From an uncultured Gammaproteobacteria bacterium (GTDB lineage Bacteria; Pseudomonadota; Gammaproteobacteria; Magnimaribacterales; D2472): DNA of 64,000 nt. The notes under the pieces are model-generated. The model ran no database searches. It had not been told where the DNA came from and was given only the letters and a program-made list of their open reading frames with translations. Shown here piece by piece: positions 46,998 to 57,858 of this stretch (positions are counted from its first letter, which is position 1; each line of letters begins with the position of its first letter). The position numbers and the translations under genes are program-made. Where the stretch lies: NCBI GenBank assembly GCA_964014565.1, contig CAXGZN010000001.1, forward strand, positions 175 to 64,174, written 5' to 3'.

Positions 46998-49900
46998 CAT
47001 AAAATCCGTAATGATAATTGGTGCAGGGCCTATTATTATTGGTCAGGCATGTGAATTTGATTATTCTGGAGCCCAGGCATGTAAAGCATTAAAAGAAGAG
47101 GGCTATAGAGTAATCTTAGTCAACTCAAATCCAGCTACAATCATGACTGATCCATTGCTTGCTGATGCTACTTATATTGAACCAATTCACTGGGAGTCAG
47201 TTGCCAAGATAATAGAGAAGGAAAGACCTGATGCACTTCTTCCAACCATGGGAGGACAGACAGGTTTAAATACTGCTCTTTCATTGGCAAGGGAAGGAAT
47301 CTTAAAAAAATATAATGTTGAATTAATAGGTGCCTCAAGAGAGGCAATTGACAAAGCTGAAGATAGACAGCTTTTTGATCAAACTATGAAGAAAATAGAT
47401 TTGGAAACACCTCAATCAGGCATTGCACATTCTATGGAGGATGCATTAGAGGTTCAGAAAGAGATTGGATTTCCATGCATTATAAGACCTTCGTTCACTC
47501 TTGGTGGGTCTGGAGGTGGAGTTGCATACAATATTGAAGAATTTAAAACAATCTGTGAGAAGGGATTAGATTTATCTCCAACAAATGAACTTTTAATAGA
47601 TGAGTCTCTTCTAGGTTGGAAAGAATATGAAATGGAGGTTGTTAGAGATAAAAATGATAACTGCATTATTATCTGCTCTATTGAGAACTTTGATCCAATG
47701 GGTGTTCATACTGGAGACTCAATAACGATAGCACCTGCACAAACTTTAACAGATAAGGAATTTCAAATAATGCGTAATGCCTCTTTTAAAATTTTAAGAG
47801 AAATAGGTGTCGAAACTGGTGGTTCAAATGTTCAATTTGCTATAAATCCAGTTGATGGTCGAATGGTTGTCATAGAAATGAACCCCAGAGTAAGTAGATC
47901 GTCCGCCTTAGCTTCAAAAGCAACAGGTTTCCCTATTGCAAAAGTTGCAGCCCTTTTGTCTATTGGATACACCCTTGATGAGCTTAAAAACGATATAACC
48001 TCAGGATTAACTCCTGCATCATTTGAACCTTCAATTGATTACATCGTTACAAAAATACCAAAGTTTGCGTTCGAAAAGTTTCCACAAGCTGAACCAAGAC
48101 TTTCTACACAGATGAAATCCGTTGGTGAAGTTATGTCAATTGGCTCAAATTTTCAGGAGTCTCTTCAAAAAGCCATTTGCAGTATGGAGGATGACAAATG
48201 TGGGCTAGAAAAAATTCTTGATGATAGCGAGTTAATTAATGAGAAGCTCGGATTTGAGTTAACTTTTCCAGGACCTGAAAGGCTTTTTTATATAGCAGAT
48301 GCATTCAGATGTGGATGGTCTCTTGAAAAGATTTATGATCTAACATCAATAGATCCTTGGTTTTTGAGACAAATTGAAGATTTAGTTTCTGAAGAAAATG
48401 CAATTGAAGGCTCTAAGCTTGAAAACTTATCAAAGGAGAATTTCATAAAGCTAAAGACTAAAGGATTTAGTGATCAAAGAATCGCAGATTTACTTGACGA
48501 AAGCTATGAAGAAGTGAGAGCTAAGAGGAAGTTGCATAATATATTGCCTTCTTATAAGCGGGTTGATACATGTGCTGCAGAGTTTAAAACTTCAACATGT
48601 TATATGTACTCAACTTATGAAGGTATTTGTGAGAGTGAGCCAACTTCGAAAAAGAAAATATTAGTGCTCGGAAGTGGCCCCAACAGGATAGGTCAAGGCA
48701 TTGAATTTGACTATTGTTGTGTGCATGCATCTCTAGCGATGCAGGAGGAAGGTTTTGAATCAATTATGGTTAATTGTAATCCTGAAACTGTCTCAACAGA
48801 TTATGATGTTTCAAATAGACTTTACTTTGAGCCTATAACCTCTGAAAAGATTTTAGATATTATTGATTTAGAAAAACCTGATGGAGTCATTATTCAATTT
48901 GGTGGTCAAACTCCTCTAAAACTTTCAAATGATCTTGAGAACTATGGTGTAAATATCCTTGGAACAGAGCCTGATGCAATTGACAGGTCAGAAGATAGAA
49001 AAAGGTTCCAAGAAATTATTAATAAGCTTGATCTTCTTCAACCAAAGAATGCAACTGTGTCTAGTTTAAAAGAAGCACTTAACAAATCAGATGAAATTGG
49101 CTTCCCGATTGTTGTAAGACCTTCATATGTTTTAGGTGGAAGGGCTATGGAGCTTGTAAATAATAAAGATGAGCTAGGCATATATATTTCCGATGCAGTG
49201 CAAGCCTCTAATGAACGACCAATACTTTTAGATCATTATCTTGATAATGCAATTGAGGTTGATGTAGATGTTGTTTCAGACGGCAAGGAGATAGTAATTG
49301 GCGGAATACTTCAACATATTGAACAAGCTGGAATTCATTCAGGTGATTCAGCTTGCTCTCTACCACCTTATTCTCTGAGTGACGAAATAATTAAAAAGCT
49401 AAAACTTCAATCTAAAAAGTTAGCAGAAGAGCTGAATGTTATCGGTTTAATGAATGTTCAATTCGCAATTAAAGATAATGAAGTTTTCATTCTTGAAGTA
49501 AATCCTAGAGCATCAAGAACAGTTCCCTTTATTTCAAAATGTATTGGTAATTCTTTAGTTAAAGTTGCCGCAAAAACAATGATTGGAAAGAGTTTAAAAG
49601 AACTAGGATTCTCAAATAGGCTACCTGAAAATATGTTTTTTGTTAAAGAGGCTGTTCTCCCTTTTGATAAGTTTCCCAATGTTGATCCAATCCTAGGACC
49701 TGAAATGAAATCTACTGGTGAGGTTATGGGCATTGGAAGAAACTTTGGTGAAGCATATGGAAAGGCACAAAAAGCTGCTAACAAAGTTCTCAGAAGAAAA
49801 GGAAAGATATTTATAAGCGTGAAAGAAGATGACAAGAAATACCTAGATTCGATAGTAAAGAAAATAATTAGTTTTGGTTTTGAAATTATCGCAACCAAAG

Positions 49901-50187
49901 GAACTGCAAAATACATAAAAAAATTAGGTTTTGATGTTGAGGAGATTAATAAGGTTGCTGAGGGAAGACCACATATAGTTGATGAACTTGTTAATGATCA
50001 AGTTTGCCTCGTCATTAATACTACTGAAGGAAGACAGTCTATAAAAGATTCTGCATCTATAAGACAGACAGCTTTGAGAAAAAAAATATTATGCACAACA
50101 ACCATGTTTGGAGCAGATGCTTTGGTTAAGGCATTAGAAAATAAAGAAGAGGAATGGGAGTTCAGCTCTTTACAAGAAATTAACTAA
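46981..50187 (+). CDS. carB: carbamoyl-phosphate synthase large subunit
   Basis: 1068 aa with duplicated ATP-grasp halves and a C-terminal MGS-like allosteric domain. Confidence 0.97.
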   Translation: MPKRNDIKSVMIIGAGPIIIGQACEFDYSGAQACKALKEEGYRVILVNSNPATIMTDPLLADATYIEPIHWESVAKIIEKERPDALLPTMGGQTGLNTALSLAREGILKKYNVELIGASREAIDKAEDRQLFDQTMKKIDLETPQSGIAHSMEDALEVQKEIGFPCIIRPSFTLGGSGGGVAYNIEEFKTICEKGLDLSPTNELLIDESLLGWKEYEMEVVRDKNDNCIIICSIENFDPMGVHTGDSITIAPAQTLTDKEFQIMRNASFKILREIGVETGGSNVQFAINPVDGRMVVIEMNPRVSRSSALASKATGFPIAKVAALLSIGYTLDELKNDITSGLTPASFEPSIDYIVTKIPKFAFEKFPQAEPRLSTQMKSVGEVMSIGSNFQESLQKAICSMEDDKCGLEKILDDSELINEKLGFELTFPGPERLFYIADAFRCGWSLEKIYDLTSIDPWFLRQIEDLVSEENAIEGSKLENLSKENFIKLKTKGFSDQRIADLLDESYEEVRAKRKLHNILPSYKRVDTCAAEFKTSTCYMYSTYEGICESEPTSKKKILVLGSGPNRIGQGIEFDYCCVHASLAMQEEGFESIMVNCNPETVSTDYDVSNRLYFEPITSEKILDIIDLEKPDGVIIQFGGQTPLKLSNDLENYGVNILGTEPDAIDRSEDRKRFQEIINKLDLLQPKNATVSSLKEALNKSDEIGFPIVVRPSYVLGGRAMELVNNKDELGIYISDAVQASNERPILLDHYLDNAIEVDVDVVSDGKEIVIGGILQHIEQAGIHSGDSACSLPPYSLSDEIIKKLKLQSKKLAEELNVIGLMNVQFAIKDNEVFILEVNPRASRTVPFISKCIGNSLVKVAAKTMIGKSLKELGFSNRLPENMFFVKEAVLPFDKFPNVDPILGPEMKSTGEVMGIGRNFGEAYGKAQKAANKVLRRKGKIFISVKEDDKKYLDSIVKKIISFGFEIIATKGTAKYIKKLGFDVEEINKVAEGRPHIVDELVNDQVCLVINTTEGRQSIKDSASIRQTALRKKILCTTTMFGADALVKALENKEEEWEFSSLQEIN

Positions 50188-50213
50188 TCACTACAAGTTG
50201 ATATAATTAGTTT

Positions 50214-50690
50214 ATGTCTAAAGTACCACTTACAAAAGAGGGAGAAATAATCCTTAAAGAAAGATTAACAAAGTTAAAATTTGTTGATAGGCCTAAGATT
50301 TCAGAGGCCATTGCTGAGGCTAGAGCTCATGGGGATTTAAAAGAAAACGCTGAATATCATGCAGCAAAAGAGCAACAGGGATTAACTGAGGCTAAAATTA
50401 ATGAGCTTGAGCATGCATTGTCAAATGCTCAGGTAATTGATGTCAAAGAACTTCCTAAGACTGGAAAAGTTGTTTTTGGAGCAACTATTAAGCTTTATAA
50501 CTTAGACACTGATGAGTCAATCTCTTATCGAATTGTGGGAAATCTTGAATCCGACCCTGCAAACAGCATGATCTCAATTGATACACCAATTGGAAGGGGC
50601 TTAATAGGAAAGTCTATTGGTGATGAGGTCATTATTGAAACACCATCTGGAAAGCTCAATTTTGAGATAGAGGAAGTAGAGCATATTTAA
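50214..50690 (+). CDS. greA: transcription elongation factor GreA
   Basis: 158 aa with the AEARAHGDLKENAEYHAAKE motif. Confidence 0.95.
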   Translation: MSKVPLTKEGEIILKERLTKLKFVDRPKISEAIAEARAHGDLKENAEYHAAKEQQGLTEAKINELEHALSNAQVIDVKELPKTGKVVFGATIKLYNLDTDESISYRIVGNLESDPANSMISIDTPIGRGLIGKSIGDEVIIETPSGKLNFEIEEVEHI

Positions 50691-50693
50691 TTA

Positions 50694-51257
50694 ATGCATA
50701 CTGATAATTGGGCTCAAAAAGCAAAATCTTTAGGATATAGATCAAGAGCTGTATTTAAGTTAATTCAAATAACTGAAAAAATAAAACAAATTAAAAACCC
50801 AAATCTAATTCTTGATATCGGAGCTGCTCCAGGTGGATGGTCTCATTATTTAGCAAATAAATATCCAAGCGCAGAAATATTTGCAATAGATATCCTAGAA
50901 ATGGAACAAATTAAAGGAGTGAAGTTCCTACAAGAGGATTTAAGGAATATTGAAAAAATAGATCAATTAAGAGATTTAAAAAATAAATTTAATCTTGTGA
51001 TTTCTGATTTAGCCCCAAATTTAAGTGGTATAAGCAGTATTGATGAAGAAAATATACTTGAGCTTAATTTGCTTACTCTAGAGGCAGCAAATAAATTTTT
51101 AAATAGTAACGGCGTATTTATTGTTAAAACCTTTCAAAACTCAAATCTAAAGAAATTTAGGAAAGAAATGGAAAAAAATTTAAAAATAGTCCAAACTGCT
51201 AAACCCGCTGCTTCTAAGAAGCAGTCAAAAGAGATATATTTATATGGTATTAAGTAA
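50694..51257 (+). CDS. rlmE: 23S rRNA U2552 2'-O-methyltransferase RlmE (FtsJ)
   Basis: 187 aa with YRSRAVFKL and the [13 protein letters not shown] motif. It lies upstream of ftsH, as in E. coli. Confidence 0.9.
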   Translation: MHTDNWAQKAKSLGYRSRAVFKLIQITEKIKQIKNPNLILDIGAAPGGWSHYLANKYPSAEIFAIDILEMEQIKGVKFLQEDLRNIEKIDQLRDLKNKFNLVISDLAPNLSGISSIDEENILELNLLTLEAANKFLNSNGVFIVKTFQNSNLKKFRKEMEKNLKIVQTAKPAASKKQSKEIYLYGIK

Positions 51258-51259
51258 TT

Positions 51260-53170
51260 ATGAATGATTTTTTAAAAAATATTTTTGTGTGGCTGGTCTT
51301 AGGCTCTATTATTTTCTTAGTATTTAATAATGTTGAACCTACAGCTCCAAGAGAGACAATATCCTACAGTCAATTCAAGCAGGAAGTTCTTTCAGATAGA
51401 GTATCTGAGGTAACCTATAAAGGAGACCAAATGACAATTTTTGGTCAGAGATTAGATGGTTCCAAATTCAAAACTAACCATCCTATTTATAAGTCTGACC
51501 CTGTCTTAGATACAGCACTCCAGGAAAATGGTGTTATCACCTCATATGAAGAGGTTCAACAGCCGTCGATATGGTCACAATTATTGGTTGGAGCATTCCC
51601 GATAATACTATTACTTGCGATATTTTTCTTTTTCATGAGGCAGATGCAAGGAAGCATGTCCGGAAGGGGCGGACCAATGTCTTTTGGAAAAAGTAAAGCT
51701 AAATTAATGGAAGGTGGAAAGGTTAAGACTACCTTTAAAGATGTGGCTGGATGCGAGGAAGCAAAACAAGATGTTCAAGAGCTTGTTGATTATTTAAAAG
51801 ACCCAACAAGATTCCAAAAAGTTGGCGGAAAGATACCTAGAGGTGTTTTGATGGTGGGTCCTCCAGGTACTGGTAAAACTCTTCTTGCCAGAGCTACCGC
51901 AGGTGAAGCTAGAGTTCCTTTCTTTAGCATTTCTGGTTCTGATTTTGTTGAAATGTTTGTTGGTGTTGGTGCCTCAAGAGTGAGGGATATGTTTGATCAA
52001 GCAAAAAAGAATTCCCCATGCATTGTGTTTATTGATGAAATTGATGCTGTTGGAAGACATAGAGGAGCAGGTCTTGGTGGAGGGCATGATGAGAGAGAAC
52101 AGACTTTAAATCAGCTTCTTGTTGAAATGGATGGTTTTGAAGCCAATGACGGAATAATTATAGTTGCAGCAACAAATAGACCAGATGTTCTTGATCCAGC
52201 ACTATTGAGGCCAGGAAGATTTGATAGACAAGTTGTTGTAGATATGCCAGATATCAGAGGAAGAGAACAAATCTTAAAAGTTCATGTTAGAAAAGTTCCT
52301 CTTGATAAAAATGTTGATCTTAGAGCAATTGCCAGAGGTACTCCGGGATTCTCAGGTGCTGATTTAGCTAACCTTATTAATGAAGCAGCCTTATTTGCAG
52401 CAAGATACGGTGATAAAAAAGTTGAGCAGTCTCATTTAGATCTTGCTAAAGACAAAATCATGATGGGCCCTGAAAGGAAATCAATGATTTTAACTGAAGA
52501 ACAAAAACGTTTAACTGCATATCACGAAGCAGGGCACGCAATCGTTGGAAGAATTGTCCCAGAACACGATCCAGTTTATAAAGTAACTATTATTCCGCGT
52601 GGCAGAGCTTTAGGAGTTACTATGTTCCTTCCTGAAGATGATAAATATATGCAAAGTAAAGAGTATCTTTTAAGCAGAATATGCACGCTTTACGGTGGCA
52701 GAATAGCTGAACAGCTTATAAATGGTGAGAGAAATATAACTACAGGAGCTTCAAATGATATAGAAGTTGCTACAGGAATTGCCACTAACATGGTCACAAA
52801 GTGGGGACTTTCTGACAAGGTTGGGCCTCTTAAGTTTGGAGAAGATGATTCAAGTCCATTTTTGGGCAGATCCGCATCTCAATCATCAAAGACTTATAGT
52901 GATGAGACCTCGAAACTTATTGATAGTGAAATAAAAGACATAATTAATTCTTGCTATGAGAGGGCTGAAACTATTTTGAAAGACAATATGGATAAACTTC
53001 ATACAATGGCTGAGGCACTTTTGAAATATGAGACAATCGACCAGCATCAAATTGATGACATCATGAGTGGTGCAGAGCCAAGGGAGCCAAGTGACTGGAA
53101 TAATGACGACGAACCTCCTAAAAAGAGCACAAAAGAATCTTCAATAAAAGGACCAGCAGAAGAGTTATAA
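51260..53170 (+). CDS. ftsH: ATP-dependent zinc metalloprotease FtsH
   Basis: 636 aa with GPPGTGKT, the AAA second region of homology and the HEAGHA zinc site. Confidence 0.97.
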   Translation: MNDFLKNIFVWLVLGSIIFLVFNNVEPTAPRETISYSQFKQEVLSDRVSEVTYKGDQMTIFGQRLDGSKFKTNHPIYKSDPVLDTALQENGVITSYEEVQQPSIWSQLLVGAFPIILLLAIFFFFMRQMQGSMSGRGGPMSFGKSKAKLMEGGKVKTTFKDVAGCEEAKQDVQELVDYLKDPTRFQKVGGKIPRGVLMVGPPGTGKTLLARATAGEARVPFFSISGSDFVEMFVGVGASRVRDMFDQAKKNSPCIVFIDEIDAVGRHRGAGLGGGHDEREQTLNQLLVEMDGFEANDGIIIVAATNRPDVLDPALLRPGRFDRQVVVDMPDIRGREQILKVHVRKVPLDKNVDLRAIARGTPGFSGADLANLINEAALFAARYGDKKVEQSHLDLAKDKIMMGPERKSMILTEEQKRLTAYHEAGHAIVGRIVPEHDPVYKVTIIPRGRALGVTMFLPEDDKYMQSKEYLLSRICTLYGGRIAEQLINGERNITTGASNDIEVATGIATNMVTKWGLSDKVGPLKFGEDDSSPFLGRSASQSSKTYSDETSKLIDSEIKDIINSCYERAETILKDNMDKLHTMAEALLKYETIDQHQIDDIMSGAEPREPSDWNNDDEPPKKSTKESSIKGPAEEL

Positions 53171-53177
53171 TAGATTT

Positions 53178-54503
53178 ATGAATCTTAAATTTGGCACCGA
53201 TGGAATTAGGGGGCCTGTCGAAACTAAAGTGACTCCTGAAGCATGTCTTCGCATCGGTCATGCAGCTGGTATTGTTTTTAAAGAACTTGGCTGGGATACA
53301 GTCTTAATTGGAAAAGATACCAGAGTTTCAGGCTATATGCTTGAAGCTGCACTTCAAGCTGGCTTTTTGTCTGTAGGGATGAATGTAAGGCTTCTAGGCC
53401 CATTACCGACACCCGGCGTTGCGTATTTAACTAAAACTTCTAGAAATCAGTGTGGCGTTGTAATAAGCGCGTCTCACAATGATTATCAAGATAATGGAAT
53501 TAAGATTTTTGATAATAGTGGTGTAAAAATAGATAGAAAGATTGAGATGATGATCGAAAATATTTTAAGTGAGAAAATTACTTCATTGCCATCTGTAGAA
53601 ATTGGAAAAGCTAAAAGATTTGATGAATCTGGACCAAGATATGTTGAATTTTGTAAATCAACAGTTCCTGACGAGATTAGTTTTACTGACTTAAGAATTG
53701 TTCTTGATTGTGCAAATGGAGCATCTTATAAGGTCTCTCCAGATGTTTTCCGTGAGTTAGGAGCTGAGACGATAGTTGTTGGTGATCAGCCCGATGGATT
53801 CAATATTAATCAAGGTTGTGGTTCAACAAATCCTGAGCTTGTTCAAAAACTTGTTAAAGAACATAGAGCTGATTTTGGAGTGTCACTTGATGGTGATGCT
53901 GATAGAGTAACCATCGTAGATAGAGAATCAAATATTTTAGATGGTGATGACATTCTCTACATATTAGGTTTTGCCAATCCCAACAGACTAGGCCCATGGT
54001 CAGGTATAGTTGGGACTCAAATGTCTAATGTTGGATTAGAAGATGGCCTTAATAAGCTTGGATATTCCTTTAAAAGGGCTGACGTTGGTGATAAATATGT
54101 TTCAGATTTATTATCAAAGGAGGGTTGGCTTCTTGGGGGAGAACCTTCCGGTCATATTATCTGCAGAGACCTTGTTAGCACAGGTGATGGAACCATAGCA
54201 GCGCTTAAAACAATTAGCTCACTCGTTATGCTTGAGAAAGATCCAAGTGATGTTCTCTCCAATTACAATAAAATTCCTCAAATAAATGAATCTATAAGTG
54301 TTATAAACAAAGATATTGTGAGTGATGCCGAAGTAAAAACAGCCATTAATGATATCAAGTCAGATTTAACAATTAATAGAATTCTTGTAAGGCCATCAGG
54401 AACTGAAAATAAGATTAGAATAATGATTGAATCTGAGAATAAAAAAACAGCCAAAAAATATACAAATGATCTCATTAAGCTATTTGAATCTAAAACCCCA
54501 TAA
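53178..54503 (+). CDS. glmM: phosphoglucosamine mutase
   Basis: 441 aa with the FGTDGIRG and ISASHN phosphoserine loops and DGDADR. Confidence 0.93.
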   Translation: MNLKFGTDGIRGPVETKVTPEACLRIGHAAGIVFKELGWDTVLIGKDTRVSGYMLEAALQAGFLSVGMNVRLLGPLPTPGVAYLTKTSRNQCGVVISASHNDYQDNGIKIFDNSGVKIDRKIEMMIENILSEKITSLPSVEIGKAKRFDESGPRYVEFCKSTVPDEISFTDLRIVLDCANGASYKVSPDVFRELGAETIVVGDQPDGFNINQGCGSTNPELVQKLVKEHRADFGVSLDGDADRVTIVDRESNILDGDDILYILGFANPNRLGPWSGIVGTQMSNVGLEDGLNKLGYSFKRADVGDKYVSDLLSKEGWLLGGEPSGHIICRDLVSTGDGTIAALKTISSLVMLEKDPSDVLSNYNKIPQINESISVINKDIVSDAEVKTAINDIKSDLTINRILVRPSGTENKIRIMIESENKKTAKKYTNDLIKLFESKTP

Positions 54504-54518
54504 TATACCTTTAATAAA

Positions 54519-55286
54519 ATGTCACACCCCCTAGTTATTGCAAATTGGAAAATGAATATACCCTCTGGAGGCATTTCAGGTTGGATCCAAAGTGATATGG
54601 TATCCAATAATGATGAAGTAGATTTTGATAACAAATCTTCCTACTTTAAGTTTATGGGAATTGCCCCTCCAATTTCTCACTTAACTGAACTCAAAAACCT
54701 TTTTAAGTTTGGGTTTCTTGGCGCACAAGATATCTCTAAATTTAATGATGGCGCTAAAACGGGAGATATAAGTGCTGATATGGTGATTGACAGAGGCTGC
54801 ACATTTTCAATTTTAGGTCATTCAGAAAGAAGAGAGTTTTATAGTGAAACAAATAGCATTGTTTCAGAAAAGCTAAGAATATGTCTCGAGAAGAATATTG
54901 TGCCAGTTGTCTGTATTGGTGAATCTCTTGAAGACTATAACGCAGGTAAAACTCTTGAAGTGCTGGATATGCAATTAAAAGAAATATTTACATCAATATC
55001 TACTAAAAAGACTGTTGTAATAGCTTATGAGCCAGTTTGGGCTATTGGTTCGGGAAAGACACCTACTGAAGATGAGGTGAATAATATTCACCAACATATT
55101 AAAGATATAGTACAATCCATCGCTGAAATTGAAGCTATTAGTGTTATTTATGGCGGCAGTGTAAATTGTGAAAATGCTAAAAGTTTTTTTCAACAAACAA
55201 ATATTGATGGTGCTTTAATAGGCGGAGCTTCATTAAATGGAAAAGATTTTTTAGATATTTATAATGATTTTTTGGAGACTTTTTAA
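54519..55286 (+). CDS. tpiA: triosephosphate isomerase
   Basis: 255 aa with ANWKMN, LGHSERR, AYEPVWAIGSG and GGASL. Confidence 0.9.
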   Translation: MSHPLVIANWKMNIPSGGISGWIQSDMVSNNDEVDFDNKSSYFKFMGIAPPISHLTELKNLFKFGFLGAQDISKFNDGAKTGDISADMVIDRGCTFSILGHSERREFYSETNSIVSEKLRICLEKNIVPVVCIGESLEDYNAGKTLEVLDMQLKEIFTSISTKKTVVIAYEPVWAIGSGKTPTEDEVNNIHQHIKDIVQSIAEIEAISVIYGGSVNCENAKSFFQQTNIDGALIGGASLNGKDFLDIYNDFLETF

Positions 55287-55289
55287 AAG

Positions 55290-55604
55290 ATGATTTTATT
55301 TGTACAAATTCTTTGTATTATTCTGGCAGTTTTGCTTGTAATTCTTGTAATACTTCAACAGGGTAAAGGCTCTGACCTTGGGTCAGCATTTGGTGGTGGA
55401 TCTTCTAACTCAATGTTTGGTGCCCTTGGACCCTCCAACCTTCTTGGAAGGTTGACATGGATTGTTGGCTCACTTTTCTTAATTCTTGCAATGACTCAAG
55501 CTGTTCTCCTTAAAAACTTAAACACGCAAGATAACTTAAACTTCCCTGAACAGGAAATTGTCCTAGAAGAAATAGACGAATTAGACTCACTTCCAACAGA
55601 ATAA
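55290..55604 (+). CDS. secG: preprotein translocase subunit SecG
   Basis: 104 aa. Two TM segments flank GKGSDLGSAFGGGSSNSMFG. It holds the conserved position after tpiA. Confidence 0.87.
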   Translation: MILFVQILCIILAVLLVILVILQQGKGSDLGSAFGGGSSNSMFGALGPSNLLGRLTWIVGSLFLILAMTQAVLLKNLNTQDNLNFPEQEIVLEEIDELDSLPTE

Positions 55605-55607
55605 AGT

Positions 55608-55694
55608 TGGTGCCGAAGGCGGGACTTGAACCCGCACGAGCATTAGCTCACTACCCCCTCAAGATAGCGTGTCTACCAATTCCACCACTTCGGC
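55608..55694 (-). tRNA. leuU: tRNA-Leu (anticodon GAG), class II with long variable arm
   Basis: The minus strand reads GCCGAAGTGGTGGAATTGGTAGACACGCTATCTTGAGGGGGTAGTGAGCTAATGCTCGTGCGGGTTCAAGTCCCGCCTTCGGCACCA. It is nearly identical in architecture to E. coli leuU, with anticodon loop TTGAGGG and an encoded CCA. Confidence 0.92.
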
Positions 55695-55750
55695 TTTAAA
55701 AAAAACATATCATAACTCAAAATATTTAAATAAAAAAAATTTGATATGCC

Positions 55751-55778
55751 TTGACCAACTGGCTATCATTTCTATAAA
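55751..55778 (+). promoter_or_regulatory. candidate sigma-70 promoter for the initiator tRNA / rimP-nusA-infB operon
   Basis: TTGACC (55751-55756), a 16-nt spacer, then TATAAA (55773-55778). It ends about 18 nt upstream of the tRNA 5' end. Confidence 0.45.
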
Positions 55779-55795
55779 CTTCACTTTCGCTGCGT

Positions 55796-55872
<77 letters not shown>

Positions 55873-55894
55873 GTCAAAAATTAGGATTTTTGAT

Positions 55895-55916
55895 GGGGCA
55901 TATGCCCTGTTTTTGT
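55895..55916 (+). terminator. small intrinsic terminator/attenuator after the initiator tRNA
   Basis: The GGGGC-atat-GCCCT hairpin is followed by GTTTTTGT. E. coli has a partial terminator in the same position between metY and rimP. It also argues against the longer rimP ORF start at 55890. Confidence 0.45.
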
Positions 55917-55925
55917 ATATGGAAT

Positions 55926-56405
55926 ATGGAAAAAGAAAGAATAAAAGAGATTATTGAACCCATTGTAAATGATCATGGGTGTGATTTTTGGGGCTTAGAG
56001 ATCTCCCAAGGTAAGAATATTCCCACACTAAGGGTTTTTATTGATGCCATAAATGGCGCCACTATAGATGATTGTGAAAATATTTCTAGAGATTTAAATC
56101 TTGAACTTTCGGTTGATTCAGATTTTATAGATGATTATGTTCTTGAAGTTTCAACTCCAGGTCTTGATAGAAAATTCTTTTATAGCTACCAATTGAATGA
56201 TTTTGTAGGAAAAACATTGAAGATAAAGCTGAAAGACAAGATTAATGATAAAAAAACATTTAAAGCAATTTTGAAGTCAGTCGAAAATGATTCTCTTGAA
56301 CTAAATATTGGAAAAGAAGAATTAATTATCGACTTTGGGATAATAGATATGTGCAAATTAATGCCAAATTACAAAGAAATTTTGAGGGAAAAAAATGGAA
56401 GGTAA
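55926..56405 (+). CDS. rimP: ribosome maturation factor RimP
   Basis: The track ORF 55890..56405 is trimmed to the ATG at 55926 (MEKERIKEIIEPIV). The LEVSTPGLDRKF motif is present and the position before nusA is conserved. Confidence 0.85.
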   Translation: MEKERIKEIIEPIVNDHGCDFWGLEISQGKNIPTLRVFIDAINGATIDDCENISRDLNLELSVDSDFIDDYVLEVSTPGLDRKFFYSYQLNDFVGKTLKIKLKDKINDKKTFKAILKSVENDSLELNIGKEELIIDFGIIDMCKLMPNYKEILREKNGR

Positions 56406-57855
56406 AGAAATTTTAGCTGTTGTAGATTCTGTCTCCTCAGAGAAGGGTCTTGAGAAAGATGTTATTTTTGTTGCTATGGAGTTAGCAATTGCATCTGCCT
56501 CACAAAGACACTTTCATGAGGATGCTCAACTTATTGTTGAAGTAGATAGAGGATCTGGAGAATTCATTACAAAAAGACAGTGGGAAGTACTTGATGAGAA
56601 TGATGAAGAATTCCACAGGGAATCTTACATATCACCTTCTGAATCATCTATGGAGATTGGAGAACTTTATTTTGAGAAGGTTGATAATGTTGAGTTTGGA
56701 AGGATTGAAACGCAAGCAGCTAGACAGGTCATGCTTCAAAAAGTTAGAGAGGCTGAAAAAGAGCTTATCGTCTCGAAATTTCGATCAAGTGACAATAATT
56801 TAGTATCTGGATTTGTTAAGAGGGTGACAAGAGACAACATTATTGTCGATCTAGGTCAAGATGCTGAAGCTATTCTTCCAAGAGACCAGATTCTACCTGG
56901 AGAAATTTTTAAAATTAATGACAGAGTTAGAGCTGTATTACAAATAAAAGAAATTGAAGGCAGAGGACTTCAATTAATGTTAAGTAGAATTTGCTCAGAA
57001 ATGGTTACAGAGCTCTTCAGGATAGAAGTACCTGAAGTAAATGAAGATGTAATAGAAATAAGAGGAGTAGCCAGAGACCCAGGATCTAGATCAAAAATAG
57101 CTGTAAAAACTAATGATGGAAGAATTGATCCTGTAGGTGCCTGTGTTGGAATGAGAGGATCTAGAGTTCAAGCAGTTTCTGGAGAGCTCGGAAATGAAAG
57201 AATAGATATTGTAATTTATGATGATAATCCTGCTCAATTAGTAATTAATTCTTTAGCGCCAGCTAAGATTGAGTCAATAGTTCTTGATGAAACATCAAAG
57301 TCTATGGAGATTGCTGTCAATCAAGAAAATCTTGCACTAGCAATCGGAGCAAGAGGTCAAAATATAAGATTAGCATCAAAACTTTCTGGCTGGGACTTAA
57401 ATATTATTAGCAGCGAAGAAGCAGAAGCTAAAGAGAAAGTTGACGAGACTGAATTTCTTGGAAAGCTTGTTGCTAGTCTTGAAATAACTGAAGAATCAGC
57501 GGAATCAATTATTGAATTAGGATTAAGAAATTTTGATGATATTGCATATGCTTCTAAGAAAAAACTTTCAAATGTTTTTGAAAATGAAGAGGAAATACAA
57601 AGAGTAAAGAGTGCTGCTGAGGATGCAGCTCTTCTAGAAGCAATGAGTGAAGTTGAGCAGGATGAACAAGATCAAGAGTCATTAACTGATCTTGAGCTAA
57701 GCGATGAACAAGTTAATTCTCTAAGTAAATCAGGTATCAAAAATAAAGATGATCTAGCTGAACTTGCTACAGATGAGTTAATGGAAATAATTGATATTTC
57801 TGAGGATACAGCCTCAGAAATGATTATGAAAGCAAGGGAGCATTGGTTCAAATAA
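56395..57855 (+). CDS. nusA: transcription termination/antitermination factor NusA
   Basis: 486 aa with an N-terminal domain, S1, two KH domains (GACVGMRGSRVQ) and C-terminal acidic HhH repeats. Confidence 0.96.
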   Translation: MEGKEILAVVDSVSSEKGLEKDVIFVAMELAIASASQRHFHEDAQLIVEVDRGSGEFITKRQWEVLDENDEEFHRESYISPSESSMEIGELYFEKVDNVEFGRIETQAARQVMLQKVREAEKELIVSKFRSSDNNLVSGFVKRVTRDNIIVDLGQDAEAILPRDQILPGEIFKINDRVRAVLQIKEIEGRGLQLMLSRICSEMVTELFRIEVPEVNEDVIEIRGVARDPGSRSKIAVKTNDGRIDPVGACVGMRGSRVQAVSGELGNERIDIVIYDDNPAQLVINSLAPAKIESIVLDETSKSMEIAVNQENLALAIGARGQNIRLASKLSGWDLNIISSEEAEAKEKVDETEFLGKLVASLEITEESAESIIELGLRNFDDIAYASKKKLSNVFENEEEIQRVKSAAEDAALLEAMSEVEQDEQDQESLTDLELSDEQVNSLSKSGIKNKDDLAELATDELMEIIDISEDTASEMIMKAREHWFK

Positions 57856-57858
57856 AAA

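Noticed and set aside
55890-55925. A longer rimP start (MMGHMPCFCIWN...).
   Set aside because: The extension would begin 17 nt after the tRNA and would contain the GGGGC/GCCCT hairpin plus T-run, which looks like the metY attenuator. RimP homology starts at the ATG at 55926.
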